Positions 51,836 through 63,184 are shown, numbered from the stretch's first letter. The stretch is 64,000 nt of DNA from an uncultured cyanobacterium (GCA_963793265.1 CAWBZI010000001.1:1280001-1344000), one strand, 5' to 3'. Translations and numbers: made by a program. The notes: generated by a model from the letters alone, not told the origin.

Positions 51836-52648
51836 ATGCATTCAGATGCGACTCCCCTTCGCAGGCCAACCGTCACTGCCCGTAACTGGCTGTACGACAC
51901 GGCCTTGGGTATGGTTTCTACCACCAGCTTTCCGGCTATTATTGGCACCGCTGATGCCATGATGAAGTCGGCTAACGTGTTTTTGGTGGGCTACGAAAAG
52001 ACGGGCGGCGGGCACTGCACGGCGATTGTGCGCGGCGGCGTTGCAGACGTGCGGATGGCTGTGCATGCCGGAGAAGAGACAGCTAAGCAGTTTGGGCAGT
52101 TTGTATCGGCCACGATGATTCCGCGCCCGATGGCGAATTTAGAAGCGGTGCTGCCGATTAACACGCGGCTTGAGGCACTTGAGGGTGTGGGTAGTTCTAT
52201 GGGCGGCAGTGCCATTGGCCTGCTAGAAACCCGAGGCTTTCCGGCGATGGTAGGGGCGGCTGATGCAATGACGAAATCGGCTGAGGTGACGCTGCTTTCG
52301 CATGAGACGATTGGCGAAGGGCTGTGTACCATTATTATTCAAGGGTCGCTCTCTAACGTGGTGATTGCCGTTGAAGCCGGTATGAATGAGGCTGAGCGCA
52401 TTGGTGAGCTGAATTCGGTGATGGTGATTCCTAGACCTTTAGATGAGCTAGAGCGGAGCCTGCCGAAGACGAATGTAATTGAAGAAAAGCAGCCTGTGCG
52501 GTTGCCGCTGAAGCTAGAGGAGCGCACAGCAGAGGCGCAGCCTGAGCGTCAGAAGGAGTTGATTCCAGCGCGATCGCCCGAGTTCGAGCCCGCCAAAGAA
52601 AAAGAGCTGGCCATACCCATCAAAGAACTAGAAACCGAAGAACTGTAG
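51836..52648 (+). CDS. ccmO: Carboxysome tandem-BMC protein CcmO
   Basis: Two BMC domains (ALGMVSTTSFPAIIGTADAM; AIGLLETRGFPAMVGAADAM). Confidence 0.93.
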   Translation: MHSDATPLRRPTVTARNWLYDTALGMVSTTSFPAIIGTADAMMKSANVFLVGYEKTGGGHCTAIVRGGVADVRMAVHAGEETAKQFGQFVSATMIPRPMANLEAVLPINTRLEALEGVGSSMGGSAIGLLETRGFPAMVGAADAMTKSAEVTLLSHETIGEGLCTIIIQGSLSNVVIAVEAGMNEAERIGELNSVMVIPRPLDELERSLPKTNVIEEKQPVRLPLKLEERTAEAQPERQKELIPARSPEFEPAKEKELAIPIKELETEEL

Positions 52649-52650
52649 GT

Positions 52651-53583
52651 TTACTGACGCTCGATTAATTCGCCAACAAACGAATCTACACGTTCTGACA
52701 CCTGCTCAACTAAGGTCGGATCGCCCGCTGAGAACCATTCAATTCGAGGTTCTTTGCGAAACCAGGTGCGCTGGCGTTTGGCAAACTGGCAGGTATGCTG
52801 AATAATCTGCTCAATGGCAGCGTCTAAAGAATACTCTCCCGCTAGATGCTGCTGCATTTCGGCATAGCCTAGCGTCTTCAACAGGGGCAAATCTGGCCCG
52901 TATTTTTCGATTAAACCGGCTACTTCAGCAGCAAGCCCTGCTTCAATCATTTGGTGCGTTCGGGTGGTTATACACGATCGCAACACATCCACATCACAAG
53001 CAAGCCCTATATATAGGATCGGGTAGCGCGGCGGATTCTCTCCCTGCTGGCTCGAAATCGTTTGCCCCGTCACATAAAAAACTTCTAAGGCCCGCAGCGT
53101 ACGTACCTGATCGTTTTGATGAATGCGCTGGGTAGCTTCAGGATCTACCTGCTTTAGCAGCCTGTAGCTATAGGGCTGGCCCAGTGCGATGAATTGTGAC
53201 CGCAGCGCTGAATGGGGCGGCACACGTGGTATTTTAAGTCCCTTAGCAACGGCATTGATGTACAAACCCGTGCCGCCGACTAATAGCGGAGACTGCTCAC
53301 CTTTTTGATGAATTTGCGCGATCGCCCCCTGCGCCCGCTGCTGATAGTCCGCCACCGTCAGCACCTCAGTCGGCTCACAAATATCTACAAACCGATGAGG
53401 CACCGCCTGTAAATCCGCCGCTGGTGGCTTAGCCGTCCCAATATCAAACGCTCGATACACCTGCCGAGAATCCGCGCTAAGAATCACCGAAGGTCGCTGC
53501 TGTGCCAAAGCCATTGCTAAACCAGACTTGCCAGAAGCCGTCGGGCCAACAACGATAATCAAATGTGGTGAGTTATAGTACAA
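52651..53583 (-). CDS. miaA: tRNA dimethylallyltransferase
   Basis: GPTASGKS, SADSRQVY, DIGTAKP, GGTGLY and AKRQRTWF. Confidence 0.95.
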   Translation of the reverse strand: MYYNSPHLIIVVGPTASGKSGLAMALAQQRPSVILSADSRQVYRAFDIGTAKPPAADLQAVPHRFVDICEPTEVLTVADYQQRAQGAIAQIHQKGEQSPLLVGGTGLYINAVAKGLKIPRVPPHSALRSQFIALGQPYSYRLLKQVDPEATQRIHQNDQVRTLRALEVFYVTGQTISSQQGENPPRYPILYIGLACDVDVLRSCITTRTHQMIEAGLAAEVAGLIEKYGPDLPLLKTLGYAEMQQHLAGEYSLDAAIEQIIQHTCQFAKRQRTWFRKEPRIEWFSAGDPTLVEQVSERVDSFVGELIERQ

Positions 53584-53919
53584 GAGAACTAACTAGGCCA
53601 GATTGCGGCAAAAAAACAAATAATGCCCCTATTAATAATATAGAGGCGGTCTGCGACGTTATAGCAACGTCAAAATTAAGGCCATTTACAGCCCGCTACA
53701 TACGCAGTCTAAAAACAGGGTTGCAAACCCATTTTAATAAATGCGCTGAGACAGCTCTAAAATCGCTTTTAACGCCTTTGTGCTAGAATTTATAGGCTAA
53801 TATCATTTCCTCGCCTTAAAACGTCTCTCAAGCGCAATACAGAGTAGAGCATTATGAGCTGATAGATAGGCTGATAGAAAAGCCCCCTAAAGGTTAAAGA
53901 ACGAACCAGGAGAACACGT

Positions 53920-55863
53920 ATGGCGAATAACAATAACTACGGCGCACAGCAGATTCAGGTTCTAGAAGGACTTGAGCCCGTTCGTAAGCGTCCGGGTATG
54001 TACATCGGTAGCACCGGCCCACGCGGCCTGCACCATCTGGTGTACGAAGTTATTGATAATTCCGTCGATGAAGCACTAGCCGGTCACTGTAGTCACATCA
54101 CAGCCGCCCTCAACGCGGACGGGTCAGTTACCGTTACCGACGACGGACGAGGCATTCCAACTGACATTCACCCCACTACCGGCAAATCGGCTTTAGAAAC
54201 CGTCCTCACTGTCTTACACGCAGGCGGTAAGTTCGGCGGCGACAGCGGCTACAAAGTATCAGGCGGGCTGCACGGCGTAGGCGTTTCAGTCGTAAACGCG
54301 CTGTCTGAATGGGTAGAAGTCACCGTATGGCGCGAAGGCAAAGTTCACACCCAGCGCTTTGAGCAGGGTAACCCCATCGGCACCCTCAAAACCGAAAAAG
54401 GCAGCAGCAAAACGGGTACGCAGGTTGTCTTTAAGCCCGATGCCACCATCTTTACTCACACCGTAGAGTTTGACTACGACACCCTTGCCCGTAGGTTACG
54501 CGAGCTAGCCTACCTCAACGCAGGCGTAGACATTACCTTCACGGACTACCGCCTAGAGCTAATCAAAGCCAAGCAGCCGCGCGAGTCGCGCTTTTGCTAC
54601 GAAGGCGGCATCAAGGAATATGTAGAGTACATCAACGATGGCAAAGAGCCCCTGCACCCTGAAATTATCTACGTCAATTCTGATAAGAACGGCGTACAGG
54701 TAGAAGCCGCGCTGCAATGGTGTGGTGATGCCTTTTCAGACAATCTGCTGGGCTTTGCTAACAACATTCGCACTATCGATGGCGGTACGCACTTAGAAGG
54801 ACTTAAGACCGTACTCACTCGTACTCTGAACGTGTTTGCGCGTAAGCGTAAAAAGCGCAAAGATGGCGAGTCGAACATGGCGGGTGAAAACATCCGCGAA
54901 GGGCTTACAGCTGTGGTTTCGGTGAAGGTACCTGACCCTGAATTTGAGGGTCAAACTAAAACGAAGCTAGGCAATACCGAAGTACGCGGCATCGTCGATT
55001 CGCTAGTCGGTGAGGCGCTCACTGAATATTTAGACTTCAATCCCAACGTTGCTGATGCGATTTTGTCGAAGGCGATTCAGGCATTCAACGCGGCTGAGGC
55101 AGCGAAGAAAGCTCGTGACTTGGTTCGTCGTAAGTCTGTACTAGAGTCTTCGACTTTGCCCGGTAAGCTCTCAGACTGTAGCTCTCGCGACCCGTCTGAG
55201 TCTGAGATCTTCATCGTTGAGGGGGATTCTGCGGGCGGTAGTGCCAAGCAGGGGCGCGATCGCCGCTTCCAAGCCATCCTGCCGCTGCGAGGCAAAATTC
55301 TTAACATTGAGAAAACCGACGACTCCAAAATCTACAAAAACAACGAAGTCCAATCGCTAATTACGGCGCTAGGGCTCGGCATTAAAGGCGCTGAGTTCGA
55401 TCCGGCAAACCTCCGCTATCACCGCATCTGCCTGATGACAGACGCAGACGTAGACGGCTCGCACATTCGCACGCTGCTGCTGACCTTCTTCTACCGCTAT
55501 CAGCGCGATTTGGTAGACCAAGGCTACATCTACATCGCCTGCCCGCCGCTGTACAAGCTAGAGCGTGGCAAAAACCACACCTATTGCTACAGCGAACGTG
55601 AGCTAACCGATGGCATCGCCGCCCTACCTGAGAATGCAAAGTACAACGTACAGCGCTTTAAGGGCTTAGGTGAAATGATGCCGCAGCAGCTTTGGGATAC
55701 GACGATGAATCCTGAGTCGCGAACGCTGAAGCGGATTGAGATTGAAGATGCTGCTGAAGCCGATCGGATCTTTACGGTGCTGATGGGCGATCGCGTCGCT
55801 CCCCGCCGCGAATTCATCGAAACCCATGGCCCTCGCCTCAACATGACTGACTTGGACATCTAG
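53920..55863 (+). CDS. gyrB: DNA gyrase subunit B
   Basis: [38 protein letters not shown] and QRFKGLGEM. Confidence 0.97.
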   Translation: MANNNNYGAQQIQVLEGLEPVRKRPGMYIGSTGPRGLHHLVYEVIDNSVDEALAGHCSHITAALNADGSVTVTDDGRGIPTDIHPTTGKSALETVLTVLHAGGKFGGDSGYKVSGGLHGVGVSVVNALSEWVEVTVWREGKVHTQRFEQGNPIGTLKTEKGSSKTGTQVVFKPDATIFTHTVEFDYDTLARRLRELAYLNAGVDITFTDYRLELIKAKQPRESRFCYEGGIKEYVEYINDGKEPLHPEIIYVNSDKNGVQVEAALQWCGDAFSDNLLGFANNIRTIDGGTHLEGLKTVLTRTLNVFARKRKKRKDGESNMAGENIREGLTAVVSVKVPDPEFEGQTKTKLGNTEVRGIVDSLVGEALTEYLDFNPNVADAILSKAIQAFNAAEAAKKARDLVRRKSVLESSTLPGKLSDCSSRDPSESEIFIVEGDSAGGSAKQGRDRRFQAILPLRGKILNIEKTDDSKIYKNNEVQSLITALGLGIKGAEFDPANLRYHRICLMTDADVDGSHIRTLLLTFFYRYQRDLVDQGYIYIACPPLYKLERGKNHTYCYSERELTDGIAALPENAKYNVQRFKGLGEMMPQQLWDTTMNPESRTLKRIEIEDAAEADRIFTVLMGDRVAPRREFIETHGPRLNMTDLDI

Positions 55864-55900
55864 ATTGAACCTGTCAGGACAGTCTTTCTGAGAAAAAGCA

Positions 55901-55932
55901 GCCCTCTGATACAAAAGTTCAGAGGGTTTTTC
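55901..55932 (+). terminator. Terminator after gyrB
   Basis: GCCCTCTGA...TCAGAGGGT followed by TTTT. Confidence 0.65.
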
Positions 55933-56111
55933 ATGCCAAGACCTTCAATTCTTAAAACGCGCCTTGTAATAAACTCTCAACGTGAAATAATGTTGCGAAA
56001 TCTTTCTTAGGGTAGAGTCTCCGCCTTAAGATTTAAGTTCAGAACGCATAGTCACCAGACACGCAATTATTTTAGATATACCGTTCAGACACATTCTCCC
56101 CCTAAGAAAAC

Positions 56112-56828
56112 ATGAGCAACAATTTAGCGACCCAGCTCCGTGAGGGTACAAAAAAGGCCCACACTATGGCCGAAAACGTCGGGTTTGTTCGATGCTTTTT
56201 GCGGGGTGTCGTCGAGAAAAAGTCTTACCGTAAGCTCGTCGGCAACTTTTACTTCATCTATTGCGCCATGGAAGAAGAGCTAGAGAAGCACAAGGATCAC
56301 CCAGTTGTTTCTAAGGTGTACTTTCCTGAGCTAAACCGTAAAAAGAGCCTTGAAGAAGATCTTGCCTTTTACTACGGCGCTAATTGGAAAGACCAGATCG
56401 TACTCTCTCCCGCTGGTAAAAAGTACGTTGCCCGCATTCGCGAAATCTCAGAGACTCAGCCCGAGCTGCTAATCGGCCATTCCTACACTCGCTACCTGGG
56501 CGATCTCTCCGGTGGTCAAATTCTTAAGGGCATTTCTCAACGTGCAATGAACCTCACAGGTAGCGATGGCGTTTCCTTCTATGAGTTTCCAACGATTGAA
56601 GATGAAAAAGCCTTCAAGAACGAATATCGTGCTTCTTTGAGTGAAGCCCCTGTCGATGATGCTATGGCGGACGCCATTGTTGAAGAGGCGAACGATGCTT
56701 TTGGTATCAACATGGAGCTATTCCAAGAGCTAGAAGGTAACTTGATTAAGGCTGTCGGCGTGATGCTATACAACAGCCTGATCGGCGGTCGTCGTCGCGG
56801 TAGCACTGAGCTAGCCACCGAAGGTTAA
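56112..56828 (+). CDS. ho1: Heme oxygenase (biliverdin-producing)
   Basis: LREGTKKAHTMAEN, HSYTRYLGDLSGGQIL and C-terminal RRRGSTELAT. Confidence 0.9.
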   Translation: MSNNLATQLREGTKKAHTMAENVGFVRCFLRGVVEKKSYRKLVGNFYFIYCAMEEELEKHKDHPVVSKVYFPELNRKKSLEEDLAFYYGANWKDQIVLSPAGKKYVARIREISETQPELLIGHSYTRYLGDLSGGQILKGISQRAMNLTGSDGVSFYEFPTIEDEKAFKNEYRASLSEAPVDDAMADAIVEEANDAFGINMELFQELEGNLIKAVGVMLYNSLIGGRRRGSTELATEG

Positions 56829-56882
56829 AATCGATTCTGACTATTCGCCTTACAAACACGACGATAGTAACTAGCTAACGAA

Positions 56883-56920
56883 GAAAGGATTGTTCTATAA
56901 GAGCAGTCCTTTTTTGTTTT
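56883..56920 (+). terminator. Terminator after ho1
   Basis: AAAGGATTGTTCT-ATA-AGAGCAGTCCTTTTTTT. Confidence 0.75.
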
Positions 56921-57109
56921 GTTTAGCAGGTGTGATCAGTAGATATAATTCTAAAGATAGAGAAACTTGCAGACGTTATTCTCTATAAGCAAGAGAGCAG
57001 CTTGTTTACATCTTTATTACTTTGTTCCTTTGACTGCTGGTACCTGATCTCTTCACAACAATCTAAGAAGACAAAAAACAACAAGTACACAGAGAAAAAA
57101 GCATCATCC

Positions 57110-57652
57110 ATGGTAAAAATCGTAGGCATCGGCGGTAGCTTAAGAACAGACTCTTACAGTATGCAAGCGTTATACATCGCTGCTGAACGCGCTAAAGACC
57201 TTGGCGCGGAAGTACAGGTTCTTGACTTAAAAGAGATGAACTTGCCCTTCTGTGATGGCGGCAGCGACTATCCCGACTACCCTGACGTAGAGGTCATGCG
57301 AAAGGCCGTCACCGAAGCAGACGGCCTTATCATCGCTACGCCCGAATACCATGGCAGCGTCAGCGGCGTGATTAAAAACGCCTTAGACCTGATGAGCTTT
57401 GAGCACTTAGACGGCAAAGTAGCAGGCGCAATCAGCGTCCTTGGCGGCCAGCCTAACAGCAATGCCCTCAACGATATGCGCGTCATTCTACGCTGGGTTC
57501 ACGCCTGGGTCATCCCTGAACAAATTGCCATCGGTCAAGCTTGGAACGCCTTTGATAAAGCAGGTAAGCTCAAAGATGAAAAGCTCTCAGATAGATTCGA
57601 TGCGTTTGCCAAAAGCCTGGTAGAGAATACAGAAAAGCTAAGCAGCCCATAG
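57110..57652 (+). CDS. NADPH-dependent FMN reductase
   Basis: GGSLRTDSYS and TPEYHGSVSGVIKNALD. Start moved to ATG 57110. Confidence 0.9.
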   Translation: MVKIVGIGGSLRTDSYSMQALYIAAERAKDLGAEVQVLDLKEMNLPFCDGGSDYPDYPDVEVMRKAVTEADGLIIATPEYHGSVSGVIKNALDLMSFEHLDGKVAGAISVLGGQPNSNALNDMRVILRWVHAWVIPEQIAIGQAWNAFDKAGKLKDEKLSDRFDAFAKSLVENTEKLSSP

Positions 57653-57671
57653 ATCCATCAAAAGCAGTCAC

Positions 57672-59006
57672 TTAGCCTGTTAGCAAGTCTTCTTCGGGGA
57701 AGTGAATGGCGCTGGGGCTCGGGTCGCCTAGTAAGGCCGACATGAGCAGCAGAATGCCGACGCGGCCTATGTACATTGTAATGATGATGAACAGTTGGCC
57801 CATTACAGATAAGTCGGCGGTGATGCCAGTAGAAAGGCCCACGGTAGCAAAAGCAGAGACGGACTCGAATAAGATGCTGATGAAGGTTAGATCGGGGTCG
57901 CTGATAGAAATGCAGGTGGTGATGATGATGACGCTAAAGGCTGAAGCCACGACGACAGAAAGCGCCTTCAGCACTCTCGCTGGTGGAATCTGTCTTTGAT
58001 AGCAGTTGACTTCTTCTTTGCCTCTAAGGGCGGCGTAGGTGCTCATGATTAGAATGCGGACGGTGGTGGTTTTGATGCCGCCACCTGTACTGCCTGGACT
58101 CGCGCCGACAAACATTAGCGCGATCGCAACAAACAATGAACTTGTCTCCATCGCCCCAATATCAATTGAGTTAAACCCCGCCGTTCGCATCACCACCGAC
58201 TGAAAACCAGCAAACAGCAGTTGAATGCCAAAGCCTTTATTTGCGAGCGTTTCAGGATTGTCAAATTCAATCAGCAAAAAGGCAATCGTGCCTAGAATCA
58301 ACAAAACAATCGTGGTGCTAGTGACAATCTTGAAGTGCAAAGAGAATACGTTACGAGCCTTGCGAAGACGAACGCGATCGCGAACCCACATAAACCCCTC
58401 CATAATCACCTGATAGCCAATCCCGCCAATAATAATCAGCGCCGAAATTACCGCCATCGGCCAGGCGCTTTCGGCATAGCCCACTAAGCTATCAGAGAAA
58501 AGGCTAAAGCCCGCGTTGTTGAAAGCGCTAATGCTGTGGAAAACAGAAAGCCATAGCGATCGCCCAAAAGCAAAATCTTCAGTAAACGTCGGCATCAGCA
58601 AAAACGCCCCGGTCAGCTCGAACACCAGCACCATCGAGATAATTGAAATTAGCAGCGCTTTTACATTTGCCAGCTCAGAGGTTTCCATCGCCTGCTGAAT
58701 CGCCAAGCGATCCTTTAACCCTAACCTGCGGCCAATCAACAGCAGCAATAGCGTGGTGGCCGACATATAGCCGAGTCCACCAAGCTGGATTAAGGTGAGA
58801 ATCACGCCCTGTCCAAACGATGAAAAGTAAGTGCCCGTATCCACCACAATCAGACCCGTCACACATACTGCTGAAGTCGCTGTAAATAGAGCCGTTAGCG
58901 GACTATTCCAATCACCACTGGCCAGCGAAAACGGCAGCATCAATAGCAGCGTGCCGACCACAATCAGGGTCAAAAAGCCAATACAAATCGTTCTAGAAAC
59001 GGTCAT
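57672..59006 (-). CDS. ktrB: KtrB/TrkH-family potassium uptake membrane subunit
   Basis: Four pore loops (CVTGL, NNAGF, RTAGF, ATVGL), GSTGGGIK and GRVG. Confidence 0.88.
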   Translation of the reverse strand: MTVSRTICIGFLTLIVVGTLLLMLPFSLASGDWNSPLTALFTATSAVCVTGLIVVDTGTYFSSFGQGVILTLIQLGGLGYMSATTLLLLLIGRRLGLKDRLAIQQAMETSELANVKALLISIISMVLVFELTGAFLLMPTFTEDFAFGRSLWLSVFHSISAFNNAGFSLFSDSLVGYAESAWPMAVISALIIIGGIGYQVIMEGFMWVRDRVRLRKARNVFSLHFKIVTSTTIVLLILGTIAFLLIEFDNPETLANKGFGIQLLFAGFQSVVMRTAGFNSIDIGAMETSSLFVAIALMFVGASPGSTGGGIKTTTVRILIMSTYAALRGKEEVNCYQRQIPPARVLKALSVVVASAFSVIIITTCISISDPDLTFISILFESVSAFATVGLSTGITADLSVMGQLFIIITMYIGRVGILLLMSALLGDPSPSAIHFPEEDLLTG

Positions 59007-59162
59007 AGATATAAATCACGCTCACTGGAAGCTGTGTGAAAGTCGGGCGCTCGCAAGGCATAGCACATCCTTCCATTAAGACACCTTGCGCCGCAAGCCC
59101 TAAACGAAGGAGCCCTTTACACTAAAGCAAATCCAACTTATTTAAGGAACCGCCGCGCACGT

Positions 59163-60050
59163 ATGGGCACCACTATCACCGAAAAGATCCAGCAGTTCTA
59201 TGACGAGTCCTCGCTGCTGTGGGAGCGTACCTGGGGCGAGCACATGCACCACGGCTACTATGGCGATAGCGGTCAGCATCGCAAAGACCGCCGCCAGGCG
59301 CAAATTGATCTTATAGAGGAGCTGCTGGCTTGGGCAGGCGTCGGCAGCGCGCAAACGATTTTAGACGTGGGCTGCGGCATTGGCGGCAGTACGCTTTATT
59401 TGGCCGATCAGTTTAAAGCAAAGGCTGTTGGTATCACGCTAAGCCCTGTACAGGCTAATCGGGCGGGCGATCGCGCCAAAGAAAAAAACATTCCCCTACA
59501 GCCCTGGGAGAGCTTCACCGAAACAGACACGCCTGTCACCGTCGATTTTCAGGTGGTAGACGCCCTAACAACGCCTTTTCCAGACGATTACTTTGACTTT
59601 GTGTGGTCGATGGAAAGCGGTGAGCACATGCCGGATAAAGAAGCCTTTTTGGCAGAATGCTATCGGGTACTAAAGCCGGGCGGTCAGTTTTTGATGGCGA
59701 CCTGGTGCCACCGCGAAATTGATAACCTGGCCGGGCCGCTCACCGAAAGCGAACAAACGCATCTCGATCAGCTCTACCAGCTCTACCATCTGCCCTACGT
59801 AATTTCACTTTCTGGATATCGCGACTTAGCCGAGCAGGTCGGGTTTAGAAACATGACCACGGCGGACTGGTCGCAGCAGGTAGAATTCTTTTGGCAAGAC
59901 GTTGTGCGCTCGGCGCTAGATCCAAAGGTGATTGCCGGGATTTTTCAGGCAGGGACAGAAACGGTGAGAGGGACAGCAGCAATCGCCCTCATGACCACCG
60001 GCTATGATCGCGGTCTTATCCGCTACGGCCTACTACGCGCCTCAAAATAA
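59163..60050 (+). CDS. SAM methyltransferase, gamma-tocopherol methyltransferase-like
   Basis: WGEHMHHGYYG, LDVGCGIGGS, VWSMESGEHMPDK and ATWCHR. Confidence 0.85.
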   Translation: MGTTITEKIQQFYDESSLLWERTWGEHMHHGYYGDSGQHRKDRRQAQIDLIEELLAWAGVGSAQTILDVGCGIGGSTLYLADQFKAKAVGITLSPVQANRAGDRAKEKNIPLQPWESFTETDTPVTVDFQVVDALTTPFPDDYFDFVWSMESGEHMPDKEAFLAECYRVLKPGGQFLMATWCHREIDNLAGPLTESEQTHLDQLYQLYHLPYVISLSGYRDLAEQVGFRNMTTADWSQQVEFFWQDVVRSALDPKVIAGIFQAGTETVRGTAAIALMTTGYDRGLIRYGLLRASK

Positions 60051-60080
60051 GCCTCTCAACAGAGCTATGTAACAAAAGCA

Positions 60081-60113
60081 AAAAAAGCCCCCATATAAAA
60101 ATACGGGGGCTTG
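60081..60113 (-). terminator. Terminator between convergent genes
   Basis: AAAAAAGCCCCC...GGGGGCTT. Confidence 0.65.
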
Positions 60114-60171
60114 AAGAAAGTTCTACCTACTCAAACATCTGATTCATTGAGAGTGATGCCTAGGCGATCGC

Positions 60172-61452
60172 TTACTGTCCGGTCGTAGAAGAAGCGGAAC
60201 AGTCAAGCAAGCGTACCATCGCTGCTGCTGCATAGTTGCGTTGAGCAGGCGTATTAGGTGCAAAGTTACTCCCTGTCTCGTTCAGCGGCGTTGCCACACC
60301 ACAGTACTCAGACATATTAGAGATAACAGACTGAGCCCAGTGACCCTGCGTATCGTTAAACGCCTTACCCGCCTGGTTAGCTGCTAGCTGATTAGTGTTG
60401 TTTTTGTACTCAGCCGCGCGACGCATAATCGCCATTAGCTCAGCACGGGTAACCACTTGAGTTGGCTTGAACGTACCGTCCTGGTAGCCGGTGATAAGCC
60501 CCAAGTCTTTCGCCATTTCAATCTTGGTTGCACTCCAGCGGTTTGCAGGCACGTCAGGATAGGGATTGCCCGTAACCTGCGGACGCTCGGGCACGGTTAA
60601 ACCATCTAGCGCGATCGAGACGAGCTGCTCGCGGGTCAGCGAAGCGGTGGGACGGAAGGTATTGTCTTCAGCAAAACCAGAGACAAAGCCAAGCTGAACC
60701 GCACGGTTGATTTCATCGGCGTAGATATCGCCTTGAACATCAGGGAAGCGAGAAGGCGCAGGCGGCGTCACTACAACGGGAGGATTAGGATCAGTCGGCG
60801 GCTGAACGATCACCTCACCACCCGACTGCTCAACGAGCTGCGCAACGGTCAAATCGTTAGCCAGGTAGGTACGACCAGTCACTCTATCGTTGAATGTTTG
60901 GCGCGCTAGTCTCCAACCGTCATTTAGGAAAATCTTGGTGTAGCCGCTCGGAGAGATACCGTCTGTTTGACCGATAACGAAACGCTGAGAACCTCGTGGA
61001 GCAAAGGGCTGAGGCTTCGCATAAAGTACCAGTACGCCGTTTTCTTCTTCGAGAACGGGGTCGTACTTTACGTCGCGGCCCGCCGTACGGATCAAGTAGC
61101 CGTTAGTGTCGGTACTGCGACCACAGATACCTGAAAAGTCAGGGAGCTGAGCGAGCAAAGGCAATACGGTTGTAGGATTTGAGCCAACGGTGCTAAAGCA
61201 AAGAGGCTCTGCTCGCTTTTGCTCAATAATCATCAGGCCGTAGCGCTGGCGACCGCCGAGGCGGCTGGTGGGATTGGTCACCAAAACGTAAGGCGACTGG
61301 TCGGTTTCTTGTGCGCCAAAGGTAGAGGATTGAGCGACCTGAGTAGGGGTTGCAGCGGGGCTAGTTTGAGCGAAGGCGGCGGGCGTGTTGCTGGCGGTGA
61401 CGGCGATCGCAGCAGTTGCCAAAGCGGCAATAGTAAAACGGAACGATTTCAT
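60172..61452 (-). CDS. Secreted DUF3747-like plus SLH-domain protein
   Basis: Signal peptide, IIEQ...C...GICGRSTDTNGY domain, Pro-rich linker and three SLH repeats. Confidence 0.82.
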   Translation of the reverse strand: MKSFRFTIAALATAAIAVTASNTPAAFAQTSPAATPTQVAQSSTFGAQETDQSPYVLVTNPTSRLGGRQRYGLMIIEQKRAEPLCFSTVGSNPTTVLPLLAQLPDFSGICGRSTDTNGYLIRTAGRDVKYDPVLEEENGVLVLYAKPQPFAPRGSQRFVIGQTDGISPSGYTKIFLNDGWRLARQTFNDRVTGRTYLANDLTVAQLVEQSGGEVIVQPPTDPNPPVVVTPPAPSRFPDVQGDIYADEINRAVQLGFVSGFAEDNTFRPTASLTREQLVSIALDGLTVPERPQVTGNPYPDVPANRWSATKIEMAKDLGLITGYQDGTFKPTQVVTRAELMAIMRRAAEYKNNTNQLAANQAGKAFNDTQGHWAQSVISNMSEYCGVATPLNETGSNFAPNTPAQRNYAAAAMVRLLDCSASSTTGQ

Positions 61453-61536
61453 CTTTTGGAGTGTCCTGTGTAGTAGATTTCACGATATCGGGGGCAGCGT
61501 GAACGGGTTGCACCTGATATTCTTGGGATGTAATAG

Positions 61537-61582
61537 AACAGCCTGAAGTAAAACAGCCTGATCAAAACAGCCGAATCAAAAC
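61537..61582. repeat. Degenerate 14-15-bp tandem repeat (AAACAGCCTGATCA-like x3)
   Basis: AACAGCCTGAAGTA-AAACAGCCTGATCA-AAACAGCCGAATCA-AAACA. Confidence 0.75.
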
Positions 61583-61873
61583 ATTAATGTGTAGATTTCA
61601 CGAATATTTTGAGCTGTTTTAGCTTAGAGAGTTCCCGGAATTGTCCGTGAAGTTCGCTAAGTTACCTTAGAACAAGGTGGGGCTACATCCGTAGAATGCC
61701 TGTAAATTAGCTGTGTGAGAGCGATTTAAAGGGCCGGTTAATGTTCTGCTGATTAGAGGGGGCAACCTCTGTATGAGTTTGTGAGCGCTTTGCTAGTAGT
61801 TATCTAGTAGCCTTGCCACTCTCCCACGGTGTCTGACACCATATGAAAAAGTCGTTAGAGGTCGCCCCCCGTC

Positions 61874-62488
61874 ATGTATACAGAGATAATCGATTTAATT
61901 CGTAAGTGCGATCACAGAAGGGTCGCTTTCGCGTTCGGCACACTTGTGGTAGGGGTCATGGCCTTCAGCCCGCTGACGGTGAAAGGTGCTAGTGCCGCCG
62001 AAGATGAAGCGATTGAAAAGCTCATCAGAGACAACGCCTGCGTAGGTTGTGACCTGCACGAGGCCGACTTACGCAGGCTCGATTTGAGCGGTGCTGATCT
62101 TACCGGAGCCGACTTAGAAGGGGCTAACTTCTACTATGCCAATCTGGACGGTGCCCAGCTCACTGGTGCTAACCTGATCGATGTCAATTTGACCTACACC
62201 AGCGCTCGCGGCACCGCTTTTGATGGGTCTGATTTGCGCTATGCCATTTTTGATAGAACTGATTTAACAGGCGCGTCGCTAGCCGATACAGACTTGCGCG
62301 AGTCATATATCGACGGGGCTGACTTTACCTCAGCCATCCTTGATCGGGCCAATATGGCAGATACGTTCTTTCGAGATGCTGACTTTTCGGTGGCTGCTAG
62401 CCTGTGTGGGCTCATTACCTGGTCGGGTAGCGAATACCGCCGAGGCTGTTCGGTTGCTGTACCCGAGCAAATTGACGATAAGTTTTAA
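61874..62488 (+). CDS. Pentapeptide-repeat protein with signal peptide
   Basis: CVGCDL then A(D/N)Lxx repeats. Confidence 0.92.
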   Translation: MYTEIIDLIRKCDHRRVAFAFGTLVVGVMAFSPLTVKGASAAEDEAIEKLIRDNACVGCDLHEADLRRLDLSGADLTGADLEGANFYYANLDGAQLTGANLIDVNLTYTSARGTAFDGSDLRYAIFDRTDLTGASLADTDLRESYIDGADFTSAILDRANMADTFFRDADFSVAASLCGLITWSGSEYRRGCSVAVPEQIDDKF

Positions 62489-62522
62489 GGCTTGATCAGC
62501 AAAGCAGCTAAAAGCAAATAGG

Positions 62523-62558
62523 AAGGCGGTGTCTACAAGCTTAGGCACCGCTTTTTTT
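62523..62558 (+). terminator. Terminator
   Basis: GCGGTGTCTA-CAAGCT-TAGGCACCGC followed by TTTTTTT. Confidence 0.75.
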
Positions 62559-62580
62559 GGGTTATTTTTTAAAGAGTCGA

Positions 62581-63063
62581 TTAATGAAAGACAGCAACGG
62601 TTAGCTTTTGCGTGGCTTTGGTTTGGCTATTGGGTTCAGCAAGCGTGTTAGGCGTCTTAGAGGCTTGGGCGAGTGGCTGCTGAGCGATCGCCTCCTTTGA
62701 ACGCTTCATATGCCACCAGTTCTGTAGCTGCATCGAAAAATTCACCGTGTACAGCGTCATCACCACTGGCTTACTCCGATAGCTTTGCCCTACAATTTCC
62801 ACGCAATACGAAGGGTGTCTGCGGGTAGATAAATCAACCGTGAACCGTTTGCCAATCCGCCGCCAGCTTGGCTCTTTACTGCGCCATTGAATACGGCAGC
62901 AGGGCCAGGGCAACTGGTCGCGATCGTACAGGCGGCAGCAAGGCCCGATCACTCTATAGGTGAGGTGTGCGCCCGGACTCTCAAATACGTAGCCCGTAGG
63001 CCAGGGGTGAGGCGGCACAGCAGTGGTGGAATAGTAGGCTGACGGTTGAGAGCTAGCAGTCAT
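62581..63063 (-). CDS. Conserved hypothetical protein
   Basis: YRVIGPCCRLYDRDQLPWPCCRIQWRSKEPSWRRIGKRF core. Confidence 0.7.
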   Translation of the reverse strand: MTASSQPSAYYSTTAVPPHPWPTGYVFESPGAHLTYRVIGPCCRLYDRDQLPWPCCRIQWRSKEPSWRRIGKRFTVDLSTRRHPSYCVEIVGQSYRSKPVVMTLYTVNFSMQLQNWWHMKRSKEAIAQQPLAQASKTPNTLAEPNSQTKATQKLTVAVFH

Positions 63064-63184
63064 AGGAAAAAGCTAAGGAGCGACAGCGGTATGAGTGGTG
63101 GTAAGACAAGTCGCTATGATATAAGAGCGATAAAGTAGACATCAGCTACCGTGATATTTCGGCAGTGATGTTCCCAGAATTGTA

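Noticed and set aside
53920..55863. Intein in GyrB (present in some cyanobacteria)
   Set aside because: 647 aa with continuous motifs and no insertion.
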